Assembly: GCA_963765895.1 (NCBI GenBank)
Contig: CAVXZB010000019.1
Coordinates: 352,001 to 416,000, forward strand
Direction: 5' to 3'
Length of the DNA: 64,000 nucleotides
Source of the DNA: an uncultured Nitrososphaeraceae archaeon
GTDB taxonomy: Archaea; Thermoproteota; Nitrososphaeria; Nitrososphaerales; Nitrososphaeraceae
Position numbers and translations under genes: made by a program. The notes below the pieces were generated by a model. That model saw only the letters and a program-made list of their open reading frames with translations, made no database searches and had not been told where the DNA came from. This document shows, one piece after another, positions 10,663-20,509 of the stretch (position 1 is its first letter; every line of letters starts with the position of its first letter).

Positions 10663-11274
10663 TCACTTAGCTAGCACTTCAATATCATGTTTCGTGTCGA
10701 TATCTATCATTGTGTTATCAGATAACAGCACAAAGATGGACGCCTTAGCGTCGAGTGCTTCTTCGATATGTCTAGTATAACTATCGTCATCATAATGCGT
10801 CTTTATCACGTCAATTGGTTTCCGTAAAAGGAGGTTTGTCCCATCATGTCTTAACGAGGGACAGATTCCAATGCACTTATCGCAAGATTCGCCTAATCTA
10901 GAGATCTTGTCGATATGTGACGGCTGGAGAAGAGGCAGATCATGTGGGACTACGATGTTCGCATCTGCACCATTTTTGTTACTAAAATCATCACCTGTAG
11001 TTACTGCTTGATCGACCCCAGAATCAACATCTTCCTTCAGGAATTTAGCGCCCATTCTGGTACTAATTAACCTTGCCCGCTCATCTCCGGAGACTATAAT
11101 TACAGTATCAACCGATTTAGAATTATTTAAAGTCGAAACCGTATCAATTAGGAGTAATTCTGTTAATCTTATACGAGATTCTTCGGTTAAAAATAATTTT
11201 AGTCTAGATTTGCTCGTTTCAAACCGTTTGACAGGCACAACTGCAAAAATTTTATCATTCAATGCTGTAAACAA
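10663..11274 (-). CDS. cofC: 2-phospho-L-lactate/PEP guanylyltransferase (F420 synthesis)
   Basis: VVPVKRFETSKSRL, VPHDLPLL, DGTNLL, DIDT; next to cofD. Confidence 0.92.
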   Translation of the reverse strand: MFTALNDKIFAVVPVKRFETSKSRLKLFLTEESRIRLTELLLIDTVSTLNNSKSVDTVIIVSGDERARLISTRMGAKFLKEDVDSGVDQAVTTGDDFSNKNGADANIVVPHDLPLLQPSHIDKISRLGESCDKCIGICPSLRHDGTNLLLRKPIDVIKTHYDDDSYTRHIEEALDAKASIFVLLSDNTMIDIDTKHDIEVLAK

Positions 11275-11289
11275 TGCGTTAAAATATAA

Positions 11290-12186
11290 TTAGCAAGCGA
11301 ATTTTCCTCTGTTCTGCTTTTCATAATGATGTTTGTACAGATGGACGCAAATATTGAACTTAGATATCTTTTCGACTATTTGGTCATCACTTTCAGAAAT
11401 AATGAATTTACCCAATATGGTTCTGTAGTGCTTTGCAACTCCCAGTGGCGAGACCTCTACATTCATACATTTCATGTATTTCTCTGCTGGTCCGGAAATT
11501 ACTCTGTTACCAATAATAGGAGATATCGCTACTATTTTTTCCCTCATTGATCTAAGTTCAGCTCTAAATTCCTTTAATGACAACATCGGTCCAATACTGC
11601 TGATCGGATTAGCCGGAGCGATGACTATCGCTCGTGACTTTTGTAGAGCATCGATCGCGATGGGATTTACTTTGACATTACTACATCCACTATAGCGTAT
11701 AGATCGAATTGTTGGCCTTCCTTTTTCTCTTACCCAGAATTCCTGAATATGCAAATCACCACCATCAGTCATTAACCTTGTTTCCATATGATCATTTGAA
11801 ACAGGAATAATTCTTGGTAGAACATTAAATTTTCGCCTAAGAAAATCTGTTATCTGGGTAAGATTCTTACCTTCCTTTAGCAATTTAGTCCTGAGCACAT
11901 GGGTTGCCAAGTCCTTATCACCCAGCTTAAACCAAGTAGGTGCACCAAGGATTGCTAGCCTGCCTTTAGAAATGAATAAGAATCCTGCTTTATTCCCCAT
12001 CCATTAGCTCGAATCCAAGATATTACCAAGGCCGTAGAGAACAGTGTCCAAGTCTGGACAAACGTACATTCCGTGCAACCAAATATTGTCAGCCACATTT
12101 GATATCACTACCAGATCTTTGACTGACTTGGCCAGCCCTCGAATTAGTTTTATAGAGCCGGTTCCTCCCGCTATTACTGCGATCAA
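11290..12186 (-). CDS. cofD: 2-phospho-L-lactate transferase (interrupted by compensating indels at ~11960-12010)
   Basis: AGGTG, CPDLDTVLY, WFKLGDKDLATH, APANPISSI, SGPA; an alternative frame restores the GWGIKQDS motif. Confidence 0.93.
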
Positions 12187-12448
12187 GTTTGGATTTCTAT
12201 TGTATATGCATAATGTATAACTTTCGAAGTCCTACAGTTGGAGCCCTTTGAAGTAAATGCGCTCTAAATGACATTTACTGAGCCTTTAAGATCCCTCTTC
12301 CACACAATTGATCAAAAAATTTTTCCCCGCTGATCGATTAGAAATAAACATACTGCCGCTCAGGATATAGACAACCGAAAGAATTATTAATGCTAGAAGG
12401 AGTAAGGTCGCAACAAAGATTATAAACAGGACACATGAGAGTTTTGAT

Positions 12449-13483
12449 GTGAAGGCTGTAACATTTTCTTCATATGCGTTTATCGTAGTTGTTTTGTTGG
12501 GGGGTGCTGTGTCTTATGTAAAGGGTGTGCAGATGACAACGTTATTAATCCCAGCTGAGAACTCTGCCAAAGGGGATTTAGTCGGAGTAAGATTTATTGA
12601 TCTTAAATACGATCCCGGTAGTACGATTTCTAAGCAACTCGCTGGTAAAACGGAAAACGTTCGGTTTACACTAAATTCTTCTGATCCTGCCATGGCAAGG
12701 ATTGTATCTATTATAAATAGTGATATTGCTTCACAGAAAAAAAGTCCAGTGAGATTTACTAATGCTTCTTTAGTATATACTGGCCAGATACGTGGTGACG
12801 CGGACAGCGCGACACTATCTTATAAGGTGAATATCAAACCCACCATCAGTAACTTTGTACCTGACAAAAGCAATCAGGGTACTGTTGTCGATTTGGATTG
12901 GCGTGGGTTTGTAATAGATGAACCCTTGGTAGCTAATGTGCCCAAATATGGAAATATGAGTATCAACTATCCCATCGGGCTTTTGCAAGCTACGCATCCA
13001 GATTTAGCCAAAAAATTCCTTGCTTCGGCCTCATCTTCGGCTATGAAGACCCCATTGTTGGATTTTCAAGATGTAGCAAAATCTATGGATTCATGGCATT
13101 TCTTGTTTGATCCAACTGGAAGTCAGGCCGGTGCTGCGGGCTTCAAAGAGGTCGGAGGTGCTCGTGCTGTTTCTATCTATTCATTAGGAGAGAGTAGTTT
13201 CAGAGAAGGAACTATGACAGAAAAAGTGTCCGATACCACAGCAAATATTAACGGCTCTCCTGTAGGGGTTCATTCTAGTACTCCTCCGCCTAGTGCCCAA
13301 ATTCAGATTACGGGATTTTCTAATATTCGTAAGTCTGGAAATAGCGAACTGGCATTTGTGTCAGATAAAGCACCGGAAGGGACGGTTACGGCAACAGGTG
13401 GATTTCCTATCCAGGTGCTGCTTGTATTAGGTGGGATGATGGGGGCCGTGGCCGTTTTTGTTCTCCTCAAGGCAAGGAAATAA
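12449..13483 (+). CDS. Exported protein with C-terminal membrane anchor
   Basis: Hydrophobic N-terminus; C-terminal TM GGFPIQVLLVLGGMMGAVAVFVLL plus basic KARK. Confidence 0.8.
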   Translation: MKAVTFSSYAFIVVVLLGGAVSYVKGVQMTTLLIPAENSAKGDLVGVRFIDLKYDPGSTISKQLAGKTENVRFTLNSSDPAMARIVSIINSDIASQKKSPVRFTNASLVYTGQIRGDADSATLSYKVNIKPTISNFVPDKSNQGTVVDLDWRGFVIDEPLVANVPKYGNMSINYPIGLLQATHPDLAKKFLASASSSAMKTPLLDFQDVAKSMDSWHFLFDPTGSQAGAAGFKEVGGARAVSIYSLGESSFREGTMTEKVSDTTANINGSPVGVHSSTPPPSAQIQITGFSNIRKSGNSELAFVSDKAPEGTVTATGGFPIQVLLVLGGMMGAVAVFVLLKARK

Positions 13484-13538
13484 AAACATTGGTAGGAATT
13501 CAAGTTCGAACAACCAAAGATTACTACGACTAGTCAAC

Positions 13539-14079
13539 TTAATCCTTTCCTTGAAATCTTAGGTAGTATCCAATATCAAGTACGTTTATGACGGTGACAG
13601 AGCCCTCCTTGAATATATGCTGGCTTGGAACCTTCGCCAGACCAATTGCAAGGGTTTCTTGTTTACTGTTTATGATTACTAGATTTTGGCTGGCTTTGAT
13701 ATTGGGACTTGCATCGGTAATCGATTGTCCAAATACATCTCTCCCATATAGTACTAATTTTTCCCCCATTTCATTGACGGTTATAAACGGGTACTTGCGT
13801 CCTACTTGGTAAATAATTTCAGCTCCTTGCAGAGATGGAATAAGTCGTTTTCCAAGACGACCAATCATTAAGCCCACATGTGTTGGACATATTAATAGTG
13901 CTATTTCGCCTGCACTTTTCGATGTCAAATAGACCTCCCTTACTTTGGTCTTCGATTGTTCCTTAATTAGTATACATTTATCGTTCCCTTCGAAGTATTC
14001 GAAACATCCTAATCTATCGTAAGTCCTCCTAAGCACTGTTAGTTCTCTTCGAGTAGGATTCCTGTACAGGTTTATTCAC
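13539..14079 (-). CDS. NIP7-like PUA-domain ribosome biogenesis protein (GTG start at 14079 if one G at 14069-70 is removed)
   Basis: GEKLVLYGRDVF and DIGYYLR; follows the Nop2 homolog; corrected N-terminus MNKLYRNPTRRELTVL. Confidence 0.8.
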
Positions 14080-15040
14080 CACTATTTACACGAATTTTCG
14101 CAATAAAGAAGCCAGAAGTATTATGGAGATGGGGATAGAATCGACGTGTATTAGTTAGACGTTCATCCAGTCTCAAGTCGCCGTACTTCGTTAAACCGGG
14201 CTCTCCGTATTTTTGTGGTTCAATTTTGATCTTATTGTTCATACTTAGCAGTTTGTTGATCACTAATTCGTTTTCTTCAGGGGCAAAGGTACAAGTAGAA
14301 TAAACTATTAGGCCGCCAGGTTTGATGATATTGATAGCGCACTGAAGCAACTCGATTTGTCTAAGCATACAACTCGCTATCTGTTGAGGCACCAACCTGG
14401 TCTTTATAGTGGGATCTTTTGCGATTATACCTTCGCAACTACATGGCGCGTCAAGAAGAATCCGATCGAACTTTAATCCCAGCTTACCTGCGTGCGCCCC
14501 GTTGAGTGCATAAATACATGAGTTTCTGACACCACATCGTGATAGATTAAATCTCAAAGCATTTATCCTCTTTATACTTGGTTCCAATGCTATGATGCAT
14601 CCCGAATTTTGCATTTTCTGTGAAATGTATGTTGTTTTGCCTCCAGGAGCAGAAGCCATATCTAAATTCAACTGGTTTGGTAACACGTCTAACTCATCGA
14701 CTGCGAGGCAAGAGGAAAGATCTTGAATATAATAATATCCTCGAAGGTATTCTGTCGTTGCGCCTATCGGATAGCGGGACCTTTTGACTAGTAGAACTTC
14801 ATCCAAAATCGTGTCTTCGTACGTTATATCTTTTTGTATTAGTTTCTGAATTAGCTCACTTTTGGTTATTTTCAGGGTGTTGATCCGAATGTATTTAGGT
14901 GGCTCTTTTTCCATAACTCCTAAACAGTCTTCCAATTTTGGGATAAACTGCAAAAACCTACATACCATCCATTCTTTATAGCCAAACTCCTGCGAGATCT
15001 CATTGGAAATTGTCGAAGGAGGGAAACTGTAAACACTCAA
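14072..15040 (-). CDS. RsmB/NOL1/NOP2 family RNA m5C methyltransferase
   Basis: IRINTLK, YYIQDLSS, DMASAPGGKT, LLDAPCS, YSTCT, PEENE, GFFIAK. Confidence 0.95.
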   Translation of the reverse strand: MSVYSFPPSTISNEISQEFGYKEWMVCRFLQFIPKLEDCLGVMEKEPPKYIRINTLKITKSELIQKLIQKDITYEDTILDEVLLVKRSRYPIGATTEYLRGYYYIQDLSSCLAVDELDVLPNQLNLDMASAPGGKTTYISQKMQNSGCIIALEPSIKRINALRFNLSRCGVRNSCIYALNGAHAGKLGLKFDRILLDAPCSCEGIIAKDPTIKTRLVPQQIASCMLRQIELLQCAINIIKPGGLIVYSTCTFAPEENELVINKLLSMNNKIKIEPQKYGEPGLTKYGDLRLDERLTNTRRFYPHLHNTSGFFIAKIRVNSGE

Positions 15041-15204
15041 TTAATTGAGGAGTGTTTAAATCTCGATTATTTAATAATTTATGAATGCTAAATAGGAGAA
15101 ATTCTGGGTGTGAATTAAATTCAACCGGTATTTTGAAGTTACATCCCAAGCTTCGTTCGATTCTGAGCCTACGTTGTCGGCATGCTCAAATTGTATAAAG
15201 CCGT

Positions 15205-15490
15205 GGTGTGCTAGCAGTAACCCTCCTTTTGTTTTAAACGAGATTTCGCTGAGCGGCCAACCTGAGGTATTGCAGGAATATTAGCCCTCTATTTGGCCTT
15301 GCTCCACTCGGGTCGGCAGTTTCATTCTAGTGTACAATCTTCAGATTATTCACCATCATCAGGACACGGTCGTACCTAGATTTCTTTTCTATTCCGTAGC
15401 CAGCTGTCTCCAGCTAATTATCGCTAAATCGAGTGCCTGCTATGAGGGAGGAGTTTCCTCTCTTTGAAGTGACTCGCTCACTAGCTCACC
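15205..15490 (-). ncRNA. rnpB: RNase P RNA (archaeal)
   Basis: Minus strand carries GAGGAAACTCC (CR-I), TGAAAC, GAGCAAGGCCAAATAG and AAAACAAAAGGAGGGTTACT (CR-V, pairs with CR-I as P4); termini GGTGAGCTAG/CTAGCACACC form P1; internal TGATGA...CTGA K-turn-like motif. Confidence 0.93.
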
Positions 15491-15528
15491 TAAATTCAAA
15501 AGGTTCAACAAGCTATATTTGAATATTC

Positions 15529-16029
15529 TTATCCAAAGTAATCTCGTTCAACTCTCATGACTTCCTCTTGATTGGTTGCACGAGAATATTCCTCTAATGG
15601 TTCAGCATTGAGTTCAAGAAAGGTGTGACCCCATTTGAATTTGTTCATAAGTTCAACAGATAAACTTTTGTTTCCGAGTATATAGGCGGCTCCAGCCAGC
15701 GCCTCTGCTGTAGATAATTTTCCGACTTTAGAATAGTTAGTTGGATTTCCGGCCAGCAAGAACGGCAATCGCCTGTTGTTTCTGGAGCGAAATGCAGTTT
15801 GTTTCTCGGCAATATGTTGAATTTTTTCCCAGGAACAATCGACCGCACAGATTGATTCTGAGGTAGATCTATCACCGGCTGACAGTAAAATGTCTGAAAA
15901 TGGATTAAGTACTATGCTTAGCCTATGGAACGTTCTAACTTGTATCGCAAGCCTGAATTTGACTAGTTTTAAGGCTGTGCATTTTGACGGTTCGTCTTGA
16001 TTAAGTAGCATTATCTCGAGCCTCACCAA
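15529..16029 (-). CDS. tsr3: rRNA aminocarboxypropyltransferase Tsr3
   Basis: DEPSKCTALKL, DCSW, RRLPFLLAGNPTNY, LSTAEALA, FKWGHTFLELN. Confidence 0.95.
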   Translation of the reverse strand: MVRLEIMLLNQDEPSKCTALKLVKFRLAIQVRTFHRLSIVLNPFSDILLSAGDRSTSESICAVDCSWEKIQHIAEKQTAFRSRNNRRLPFLLAGNPTNYSKVGKLSTAEALAGAAYILGNKSLSVELMNKFKWGHTFLELNAEPLEEYSRATNQEEVMRVERDYFG

Positions 16030-16163
16030 TCATTATTATTGTACCGACTCATTTAAGATTAGTAATATCGATACAATTCAGATCTTTATGAGTAATCCTA
16101 AAAAATAATGTGGTAATATTTATATACCGATCCGTCCAGCTCCCAGCAAACAAGCAGCAAGGC

Positions 16164-16619
16164 TTATGGGTTTAGTCCAAAACGATTCTTAACGATTTCA
16201 TCTATCGTTCCTTTGCTTATTGGAAGATCATTGCTACCAGATGTATTCATAGGAGCTATTTGGTTGGGCCCAGATGCAGGAATTGTATTTGACGGTGGTT
16301 CAGAAGCTGGTTGTGACGTTGTTGTATTTGAAGATGGTTGTGAACTTGTTGTATTTGAAGATGGTTCAGAACTCGGAAAAGAATCATTGTAGCAACTAGC
16401 TAACTCCGTTTCGGTAAGTTCGCCGTCCTTTGCTGCCTTAGATTGGCAACTCGATAATTCTTTTAGAACCTTCTTGGATACATCAGTGGTTGAATGGGAG
16501 TCATCCACCGGCGCCTTGTCCTGTGCAAACGCAAATCGTGCTACTGAGGTACTTGTCGTCACTAATATTAAAAGACCTATGCCAATTGATATGTATGCAG
16601 TCTTTCTTGGTGTACTCAT
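16164..16619 (-). CDS. Secreted Ser/Thr/Pro-rich hypothetical protein
   Basis: Signal peptide ending AFA-Q, two Cys, PSSNTT repeats. Confidence 0.75.
   Translation of the reverse strand: MSTPRKTAYISIGIGLLILVTTSTSVARFAFAQDKAPVDDSHSTTDVSKKVLKELSSCQSKAAKDGELTETELASCYNDSFPSSEPSSNTTSSQPSSNTTTSQPASEPPSNTIPASGPNQIAPMNTSGSNDLPISKGTIDEIVKNRFGLNP
16319..16366. repeat. Intragenic direct repeat (21 nt, 27-nt period)
   Basis: TTGTTGTATTTGAAGATGGTT at 16319-16339 and 16346-16366, with a degenerate third copy nearby. Confidence 0.85.
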
Positions 16620-16855
16620 ACCTCCGCTTTAATTATATAGATAATATGGAATCTGCTAAACAATATTAGAAACTTGCTCTGGCTAAATGTAAGTCCAGTA
16701 TCTTACCATGAATATTTTAGTTATAATTGCCCTCGATACACAGGGGAAATAAACCTGACGCAGAATTAAAAACTTAGCACAATTGGTGTGATAATCTAAC
16801 CTGAAGGGCCCCGGCCTAATATCGACATCTCAATGTCTATCGTATTCTCTTCTTA

Positions 16856-17518
16856 TTATGCAGATCTAAAACCTGCTAGTGCTATCAAAGGTGCTATTAT
16901 TTTAAAATATGAATCTATATCAGTCTCGATGACTTTCCCTTCGTCTACGTTAATGACATATATCATATGTAGTCTCGCGTTTAATATCTCCTGAATCTCA
17001 AGTTGTGGGGATTTGTAATATTGGTCACACAATGACTTTAGCTGTCTTACTGCGTTAGAATTTCTATATGTTGGGGGCGCGGAAAAAGGGACTGGAATTG
17101 GTAGTAGGTTTACGCCGGGTGTTGCCATAATAAATTCAGTTGCATGTTTACTGTACCGAGAAATTTTGCTGACGATTCTAGAAACGTAGTAGGAGAAAGG
17201 ATCTAACGCGTGCTCGGGAGGCATGAAGCCCGTTTCGATTTCTATTATTACCTGTCCGTCACCTTTTGTAGCAAAGACATCGCAAACAAGCGTGTCAGTC
17301 AATTGCTTCTCAACGTCTACGCGATATCCATATCTTATTAGATGCATTGCGCAGATCAATTCCATGACAGAATGATTAATCTTGACAATATTTTTCTTAT
17401 AGAGTGCAATCAGTCTTTCCCTTACGAAATTTAACCTTTGAATATGGTCTGGTGAACATCCAGAAATCAATCTCTCTGATAAGTTAGTTACGTCTGCGGT
17501 GAACCGCTCAACATCCAA
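16856..17518 (-). CDS. Hypothetical protein with PD-(D/E)xK-like core
   Basis: VEKQL..LVCDVFA.KGDG.VIIEIETG resembles a restriction-endonuclease-fold motif. Confidence 0.7.
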   Translation of the reverse strand: MDVERFTADVTNLSERLISGCSPDHIQRLNFVRERLIALYKKNIVKINHSVMELICAMHLIRYGYRVDVEKQLTDTLVCDVFATKGDGQVIIEIETGFMPPEHALDPFSYYVSRIVSKISRYSKHATEFIMATPGVNLLPIPVPFSAPPTYRNSNAVRQLKSLCDQYYKSPQLEIQEILNARLHMIYVINVDEGKVIETDIDSYFKIIAPLIALAGFRSA

Positions 17519-17604
17519 TGCGTGTTTTATTACTTAGCGTGATTTTAAGTGTACCTATTAAAAAAGAGTAAAATTATGGTGCGGGCAAAAATATCTGACT
17601 AACA

Positions 17605-18754
17605 TTGTCTAGCATTAGGAAAATAACAATCATTGGTTCCGGTACTATGGGTCATGGGATTGCTCAGGTGTCTGCAATGGCTGGGTACAATATATCGTTG
17701 AGGGACGTCGAACAAAGATTTCTGGATTCGGCTATTGCAAAGATAAAATGGTCTCTTGAAAAATTATTCCAGAAACAGAGAATTTCCGAGATGGAAATGC
17801 AAAACATACTTGGACGCATTCGATTAACAACCGATCTGAAGGAAGGGTTACAGAATTCAGATCTCGTTATCGAGGCAGTTCCTGAGGATTTGGTCTTGAA
17901 GAAAAAAGTTTATGAAGGGATCGATGAGTTTGCTGAATCCAAGACTCTTTACGCATCAAATACAAGTACGTTGCCAATCACAGAAATTGCATCACTTACC
18001 TCTAGGCCGGACAGGTTCATAGGACTCCACTTCTTTAATCCTCCACAATTGATGCAATTAGTAGAGGTAATACCAGGCAAGGAGACTAAAACAAACATTG
18101 TTGATAATGCTATGAGTTTCATACACTCGCTCGGAAAGCGAGCCTATTCTATGTCGTAAGGATGTCCCGGGCTTCATAATCAATCGAATCTTTATACCAC
18201 TAGTTCACGAAGCGGCCTACTGCTTGGAGAGAGACCATACTAGTTTGGTTGCAATTGATTCCGCAGTCAAGGAAAAGATGAAATTTCCTATGGGAATTTT
18301 TGAGCTTGCCGACTATACGGGTTTGGATGTAATTTATAAGGCAACAATGGAGATGTACTCGAGGGACAAGCGCGTTGTAAATCCCCATCCTATGGTACAG
18401 AAATTATTTGAAGAAGGAAAGTATGGCCAAAAGTCAGGTTCCGGATTCTACGAGTACAAAAATGAACATTATGAGCGAATCAACGTACCCACCAGTGACA
18501 TCCATCAATATAATCCTATTAAATTGGTAGCCTTTGCAGCTAATAATGCAGGTTGGTTGATATCCAATGGTGCTTGTGACGAACCCGATCTTGAGAAAGC
18601 ATTAAAGCTTGGAATGGGGCTTAAATCAGAACTCTTTGAAACAGTTAAAAGCTATGGAATTGAATCAATAATAAACACCTTGCGAGGGTTGGCCCAAGAG
18701 TATGGTTCTGTGTACGAACCGGATCAGTATTTAATAAATAGCCTCCGGAACTAG
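17605..18754 (+). CDS. hbd: 3-hydroxybutyryl-CoA dehydrogenase (3HP/4HB cycle); apparent +1 frameshift at ~18140
   Basis: GSGTMGHGIAQ, IEAVPE, SNTS, GLHFFNPP; corrected junction GKQPILCRKDVPGFIINR; PMGIFELADYTGLD. Confidence 0.9.
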
Positions 18755-18991
18755 CGATTCAATATTGAACCCATGATGCGATGATGCAACGACTTAGTTG
18801 GATTCTTACTCTTATTCAAATACATTTTATAGTATCTGTCGATGTTACTTTGAACGGAGATCTTGGAAAATCGAGTGCTTATAAAAAAAAGTCATGATCA
18901 TAACCAGTAGAGATTACGTGGTAATAAGGAATCATTAGGCTATTTAGATCACCATCTGATCGAATAAAATAATATATGGGCTGATTAAGCC

Positions 18992-20260
18992 TTGAATCAC
19001 ACAATGGTTCACTATAGAATTAAGGATGACTCTCTTGCCCACAGAGGAAAGAAAAAGATCGACTGGGCAGAAGAACATATGCCTGTTTTAGTATCACTTA
19101 GAGATAAATATCGTGATAAAAAACCTCTTGAAGGTGTACGCGTTAGTGGTTGCTTGCATGTAACGAAGGAGACCGGAGTATTAATTAGAACCTTGAAATC
19201 TACAGGGGCAGAATTATCTTGGTGTGGTTGTAATCCACTGAGCACGCAGGATGATGTTGCCGCTTCGATCGCCGTTGACGAAGGAATATCAGTTTACGCA
19301 AGTAAAGGCGTCTCTACGAGTGAGTATTATAAAGACATAAGTAGTGCAATGGAAATCAAGCCTAATGTCACGATAGATGACGGGGCTGACTTAACTGTCG
19401 AGATCCATAAATCGATAGGCGATTTCAAATCCGCATTGTACGGTGGAACTGAAGAGACCACAACAGGTGTAATAAGATTGAGGGCCCTTGAAAAATTAGG
19501 CAAGTTAATGTATCCTATAATTGCAGTCAATGACGCAGAGACGAAACATGACTTTGACAATGTGTACGGAACAGGACAGTCGGCCCTAGACGGTATTATT
19601 CGCGCCACAAATATTCTATTTTCCGGAAAAAATGTTATTGTTGCAGGATATGGGCATGTGGGAAAGGGTATTTCGAAAAATGCTGCAGGGCTTGGCGCCA
19701 ACGTCACCGTTACAGAAGTGGACCCAATCTCGGCATTAAAAGCTAAATTAGATGGGTTTAGTGTTACGACAATGAAACACGCATCATCATTTGGAGATCT
19801 TTTCATTACAACTACTGGTTGCAAAGATGTAATAGGAAGCGAAGCAATTAACGAACTAAAGGATGGAGCGATTTTAGCAAATGCAGGTCATTTCAATGTA
19901 GAAATAGCCGTTTCAGAATTAGAGCGACAATCTGTAAACAAAGTTCAAATCAATGAGAACATAGTACAGTATGACCTGGATCACAAAAAAGTATATCTTA
20001 TAGGAGAAGGCCGCCTGGTAAACCTTGTGGCTGCCGACGGTCATCCTTCCGAGGTCATGGACATGAGTTTTGCCAATCAATTTTTGTCAGTGCTAAATCT
20101 AGCAGAATCAAAAGGCTCACTTAAGCCCATGGTGTATGATATCCCGAGAGAGCAGGACCAAATAATAGCATTGGCAAAGTTAAAATCCATGAATATAGAT
20201 ATTGATACTCTGACGCAAGAGCAAGAAACTTACCTTAACGGATTTAGTCAAGGAACTTAA
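18992..20260 (+). CDS. ahcY: S-adenosylhomocysteine hydrolase
   Basis: CLHVT, NPLSTQD, DDGAD, EETTTG, FDNVYGTG, NAGHF, GRLVNL, GHPSEVMDMSF. Confidence 0.97.
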   Translation: MNHTMVHYRIKDDSLAHRGKKKIDWAEEHMPVLVSLRDKYRDKKPLEGVRVSGCLHVTKETGVLIRTLKSTGAELSWCGCNPLSTQDDVAASIAVDEGISVYASKGVSTSEYYKDISSAMEIKPNVTIDDGADLTVEIHKSIGDFKSALYGGTEETTTGVIRLRALEKLGKLMYPIIAVNDAETKHDFDNVYGTGQSALDGIIRATNILFSGKNVIVAGYGHVGKGISKNAAGLGANVTVTEVDPISALKAKLDGFSVTTMKHASSFGDLFITTTGCKDVIGSEAINELKDGAILANAGHFNVEIAVSELERQSVNKVQINENIVQYDLDHKKVYLIGEGRLVNLVAADGHPSEVMDMSFANQFLSVLNLAESKGSLKPMVYDIPREQDQIIALAKLKSMNIDIDTLTQEQETYLNGFSQGT

Positions 20261-20401
20261 AAGTTCTTTGGAAGATGACTTGTGTCATAAGGTAATTTTG
20301 TACAGTAAGACAATTAATATCAGATTCGTTATGCAGAAGCCGGATCAAATGATTAGATATTTATTTCCATGCAGGTTTGCATTATTTTTAGCCCTACTGT
20401 C

Positions 20402-20476
20402 GGATGGGTGGTCCAGCTTGGTTAAGATACCTGTCTCACACACAGGTGATCGAGAGTTCAAATCTCTCCCCATCCA
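20402..20476 (+). tRNA. tRNA-Val(CAC), no intron
   Basis: Acceptor GGATGGG/CCCATCC-A; anticodon stem CCTGT/ACAGG with loop CTCACAC; T arm GAGAG-TTCAAAT-CTCTC; T run follows. Confidence 0.95.
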
Positions 20477-20509
20477 TTTTCCTGTCGCTCCTCGATCCTC
20501 TATCGATTT

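Noticed and set aside
10383-10674. ORFs between ppdK and cofC, and a possible frameshifted C-terminal extension of cofC next to an AGCT
   Set aside because: No motif support, and CofC is already near full length; this cannot be decided without homolog alignment.
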